DNA from: the human T2T-CHM13v2.0 reference genome, Homo sapiens
DNA: 64,000 nucleotides
Strand: one strand, 5' to 3'
Assembly: GCF_009914755.1 (NCBI RefSeq)
Contig: NC_060929.1
The notes under the pieces were generated by a model that searched no databases, had not been told where the DNA came from, and saw only the letters and a program-made list of their open reading frames with translations. Shown here piece after piece: positions 60,801-64,000 of the stretch; positions within the stretch are counted from its first letter, which is position 1, and every line of letters starts with the position of its first letter. Position numbers and translations under genes: made by a program.

Positions 60801-62177
60801 CTGGAACCAACAAGAGCCTGTGAGTGGAGTATGCGGAGACCCCGCGGGCAACCAGCCAGAGGATGCCACCCCTCCGCCCGCCCACGGCCACCGTTCCCCC
60901 CGTGAGTCTGGCTCTGGGGCTGCGCTTCCCGCCGCAAAAGAGCAGGAAAAACGCAGTGTGATTCGGGACCAGCTGTTGATCACAAAAAGTACCGGAGTTT
61001 TATTCTCGAATTTCTGAACTATTTCACTTTCCTAAAATGACCCATCTTCCCCTAAGTGTTCCGGAGCCGCTCGTGGCAATGTACACAAACCCTTGCACGT
61101 GCGCGCACACAGGCCCACAGGTAGCTCTTTGATATCTAAATTTCTGCAGATGCTTGGAGTGCGGCTGCCTCCCCCTACTCCCTCTTCCCCTCCCTTATAT
61201 GGTTAAAAAAACACCCCAGAGCCCCCAATTCACTATTCACTGCTCTAAAGCTGGGCAAATCCAATTTGCAACTCAGAAGCCAGTCACCGTTTCGAATTCT
61301 TCAAATACGCCGTAATTAGCATTTTAATTCATCCTTTAACGTTTAAATTCGAGGCATTTGCAGCCTTCGCCAAGGCCCCAGCGACTCGGTCGCTGCCCAG
61401 AAATTCCGCCGAGGGCCGGCAGTCGCGACAACCCCGTAATGGCCTCAATCGCCCGTAACGTGCTTCGCCGCGGCCCGGGCCTGGCCCAGCTCAGTAACCT
61501 CGAGACTCGCGAGCCGCCCCCAGGTCGCCGGAGCAGGAGCTGCGCTCGGGCCACGGAGGACTCAGGCGGCCCTTAGCGGGTCACGCGCCCGCAAGCACGA
61601 TATTTGAAAGCATGGTCCGCTGGACAGAGTAAGGCCGAAACCTGGGCGCCTCGGGCCGGACTCCGGAGCCGCAGCTGAATGCTCGGCTCCTGGGCCTAAC
61701 TCGGTGACCCCCACCGCCCTGAGCCCCGCGAGTGAATGCGAACCGCCCGGCCGTCGGCTCAGAGGCCGCAGTGACGCGGACCCTCGCGCCCCACGCCAAT
61801 GCAGGCGAGCACACAGCCCGCTCCGAACGCCTCCCCAGGCTGCGGTGCGGAAACCAGGGACAAACGGCGCCAGACCCCGGCCCCGGCGGAGACGCACTTC
61901 CCAGGCTCTCAGAGAAAATCAGCCGGCGAGCCGAGGGGACGCGCGGGGGGCGCGCGGGTCCCGGCCGGGCTCAGGGACGTCCCCGCCTGCCGCGCTGCCC
62001 TCCCCACCCGGGGCCCGGCTCAGCCTGCAGGGCGGCCAACCGAGCCGGCGACTCCTGAGTCGCCAGCCGCGCCACATTCCCGGCGGCCCCCGCCCGCCGA
62101 ACCCGAGCCCCGCTCCGCCTGAGCCCCGTCTGGGTCCCGGCGCCCAGGAGTCCCGCGTCCCGCCCGCGCCCGGTTAC

Positions 62178-62426
62178 CATGTAGGACGGGAAGCCGGCGG
62201 CGGCGGCGGCGGCGTCGGCCGAGTACTGCAGCGGGCTCCCGAAGCCGGTGGCCGCCTGCGCCGTGAAGGCCGCCGAGCCCGGGTAGGGGCTGAACGCCGA
62301 GCCCGACGCCGAGCGCGCCAGCTCCTCGCTGCGCGGAGCCGCCAAAGCCGACGCGCCGTAGGCCGGGCACGAGTAGAGCGCCAGCGAGCCGGGCGCCTGG
62401 TACAGGTAGCCCTGCGGGTAGGACAT
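62178..62426 (-). CDS. IRX2: IRX2 coding exon 1 ([10 protein letters not shown]...[12 protein letters not shown])
   Basis: Kozak cccaccATG at 62426; typical Iroquois N-terminus; donor ATG|gtaacc at 62177-62176; 249 nt, phase 0. Confidence 0.97.
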
Positions 62427-62689
62427 GGTGGGCGCGGGGCGCGGGGCCCGCGTCACGCCGAGCAGCGGGCAGGGCGCGCGGCGCCCTCCATCCACGCCCG
62501 GCCGGGGCGCGGCGCGGCGGCGGGCACCCGGACGGCCGGCGGAGGCAGGCCGGCCCGGGTACTAGCCTGGGCGGCCCGCGGGCCGGGGCGGCGGCGGGGT
62601 GGCGGTGGCGGCGGCAGCAGCGCGGAGCCGGTGGGCGCAGCCGCGCGCCAGGCCGGCGGTCGGGGTTTGGGGGAGTCTGGAGTCGGGAG

Positions 62690-63277
62690 TGAGGAGTTGA
62701 GGAAGGAGCGCTCGAGTTTCCGAGGGACATTGGAACGCGCAGCTGTCCATCACGCGCTCATCTGCATATTCGGGGGCCCGCCCCTCCCCTGCTCCGCCCG
62801 CTGCAGCCTCCGGGCCGCGGCCGGGGGAGGGGCAGAGAGACGGGAGGGAGGCGGGGGAGGGCGGAGGCGACGGAGGCGGGCGGCGGGAGGGACCGGCAGG
62901 CTTTTGTGGCGCAGCCGCCTCTCTAGCAGCTCCGGCCCCAGCCCGCGGCTCGCGGACCTGCAGCCCAGCCCGGCCGCGCTGCGTGCCCCGGCGCGCACCC
63001 CTCCCACTCCCATCCACTCGGAGCCACGTCCCCTGCCCGGCTCCGGCCGGCTCCCACCGTCCCCGGCCACCGTCTTCGCCCCTGCCCGGCCCCCGCCCCT
63101 TCCAGCCACTACCCCGCCCCCACCCCCTTCTCCACCCTCACGGACTAGGCAGAGGCCGCCCGCGGTCAGGCCAGGCCGGGTCCAATTAGGGGACTCACAG
63201 CCTGCCCCGCTGTGCACCCCGAGGAGGCCCGGCCCCTGTGTCCAATCCGGAAGTCGCAGGGAAGTGGGGAGGTCAGG
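62690..63277. promoter_or_regulatory. Bidirectional IRX2 / C5orf38 promoter
   Basis: Head-to-head ATGs 852 bp apart. CCAAT boxes at 62729-62733 (-), 63182-63186 and 63242-63246. ETS/GABP site CCGGAAGT at 63247-63254. Multiple GC boxes, no TATA. Confidence 0.85.
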
Positions 63278-63477
63278 ATGGTGGCGCCCGCGGCTCGGGT
63301 CTTCCTCCGGGCAGTGCGCGCGGCTCTCACTTCCACGGTCCCGGACCTGCTCTGCCTCCTGGCCCGAGGCTCCCCGCGTGGCCTCGCGTCTGGTCGCCTA
63401 CCCCTCGCGGTCCACTCCGCCCAGCATGGACCTGGATCCGGGGCGCCTTGGTTGCGAATTGCCAGGAGGGCCCTGAG
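63278..63477 (+). CDS. C5orf38: C5orf38 / CEI (IRX2-DT) ORF exon 1 (MVAPAARVFLRAVRAALTS...IARRALR); coding status doubtful
   Basis: Peptide recognised as the CEI N-terminus. Kozak aggATGG; donor GAG|gtgagc at 63478. Confidence 0.8.
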
Positions 63478-63634
63478 GTGAGCTTTCTGCCCCCAAATCC
63501 GCAGCGCAACCCCCGGGGCCCTGAACGTTACGACTTTCCACTGTTGGGAATGACGCCAGGGCTTCAGCTAAGAAGACGCCGTCCCCTAAAGAGTTTTATT
63601 TTATTTTGTTTTTCTAAGTTGACTCCTCTTTCAG

Positions 63635-63767
63635 ATTTGTGTTGTCAAAACACTGGGGGGATGATTGTTACCTGACAAACCGCCTCTGGCAGGACCTGAA
63701 GCCTCCCAGTCACGTCGAGAACGGGCAGGAGCTCAGGTTGGCGCCGCCGGTGCAGTGGGCATTACAG
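63635..63767 (+). CDS. C5orf38: C5orf38 / CEI ORF exon 2 (FVLSKHWGDDCYLTNRLWQDLKPPSHVENGQELRLAPPVQWALQ); gene continues beyond the window
   Basis: Acceptor ctcctctttcag ends at 63634 and keeps frame with exon 1 (AG|A = Arg). Donor CAG|gtagct at 63768, alternative CAG|gtgacg at 63777. Confidence 0.75.
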
Positions 63768-64000
63768 GTAGCTCAGGTGACGCGCGGCTGGAGTAGGGGG
63801 GCGGTTGCCTTGCGGGGCTCAGAAGCGAGGCGGTTGGCGAGGGTTCCTAGGACCCCAGCTTCCTAGAACCCTCTCCCCATCACGCTTCTCCAACCCTTTT
63901 CCACTCGGGGATGGCCGAAGAGGGCGTCTGGCTGCCCACTCCGAAGGGTCACCTATGGGGGGCGCTCAGGGGGATGGAAGAGTGTCAGGTCTGTGCTGGC

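Larger units (their letters stand above)
59230..64000. promoter_or_regulatory. Extended CpG-island domain over the IRX2 body and promoter
   Basis: Extreme GC/CpG density, broken only by an AT-richer stretch of intron 1 (~60950-61350). Confidence 0.92.

Noticed and set aside
62739-62760. REST/NRSE-like gcagctgtccatcacgcgctca in the promoter
   Set aside because: Only one half-site matches the canonical motif.
61704-63476. 590-aa + strand ORF antisense to IRX2 exon 1 and spanning the promoter
   Set aside because: Non-ATG start and low-complexity R/G/P/A composition. Long stop-free frames are expected in very GC-rich CpG islands, and it crosses both promoters.

Overview
Human (primate) genomic DNA, recognisable as the 5p15.33 IRX2 locus. 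The right end holds the complete four-exon IRX2 homeobox gene on the - strand. Its CDS is 62426-62178, 60800-60395, 60065-59358 and 58629-58577, giving 1416 nt or 471 aa, with all introns GT-AG. Head-to-head with it, across a CpG-island bidirectional promoter, lie the first two coding exons of C5orf38/CEI (IRX2-DT) on the + strand. The remaining ~56 kb is IRX2 3' gene desert. It contains interspersed repeats (MER1A, a nested MaLR/MLT2/MER4A stack, THE1D, MLT1, L1 3' ends, five Alus), several minisatellites and short tandem duplications, two downstream CpG islands, and many AT-rich, homeodomain/TCF/POU-motif-dense blocks that look like developmental enhancers. Nearly all other ORFs in the track are GC-rich or repeat-derived noise. 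I see no evidence for a new protein-coding system. The most promising leads are regulatory: a uORF plus an in-frame GTG in the IRX2 5' UTR, a candidate 3'-UTR intron, Pumilio elements built from a microsatellite, minisatellites that array T-box or E-box sites, and Oct-Sox and TCF motif blocks. Repeat family names come from recalled consensus sequences and need RepeatMasker confirmation.
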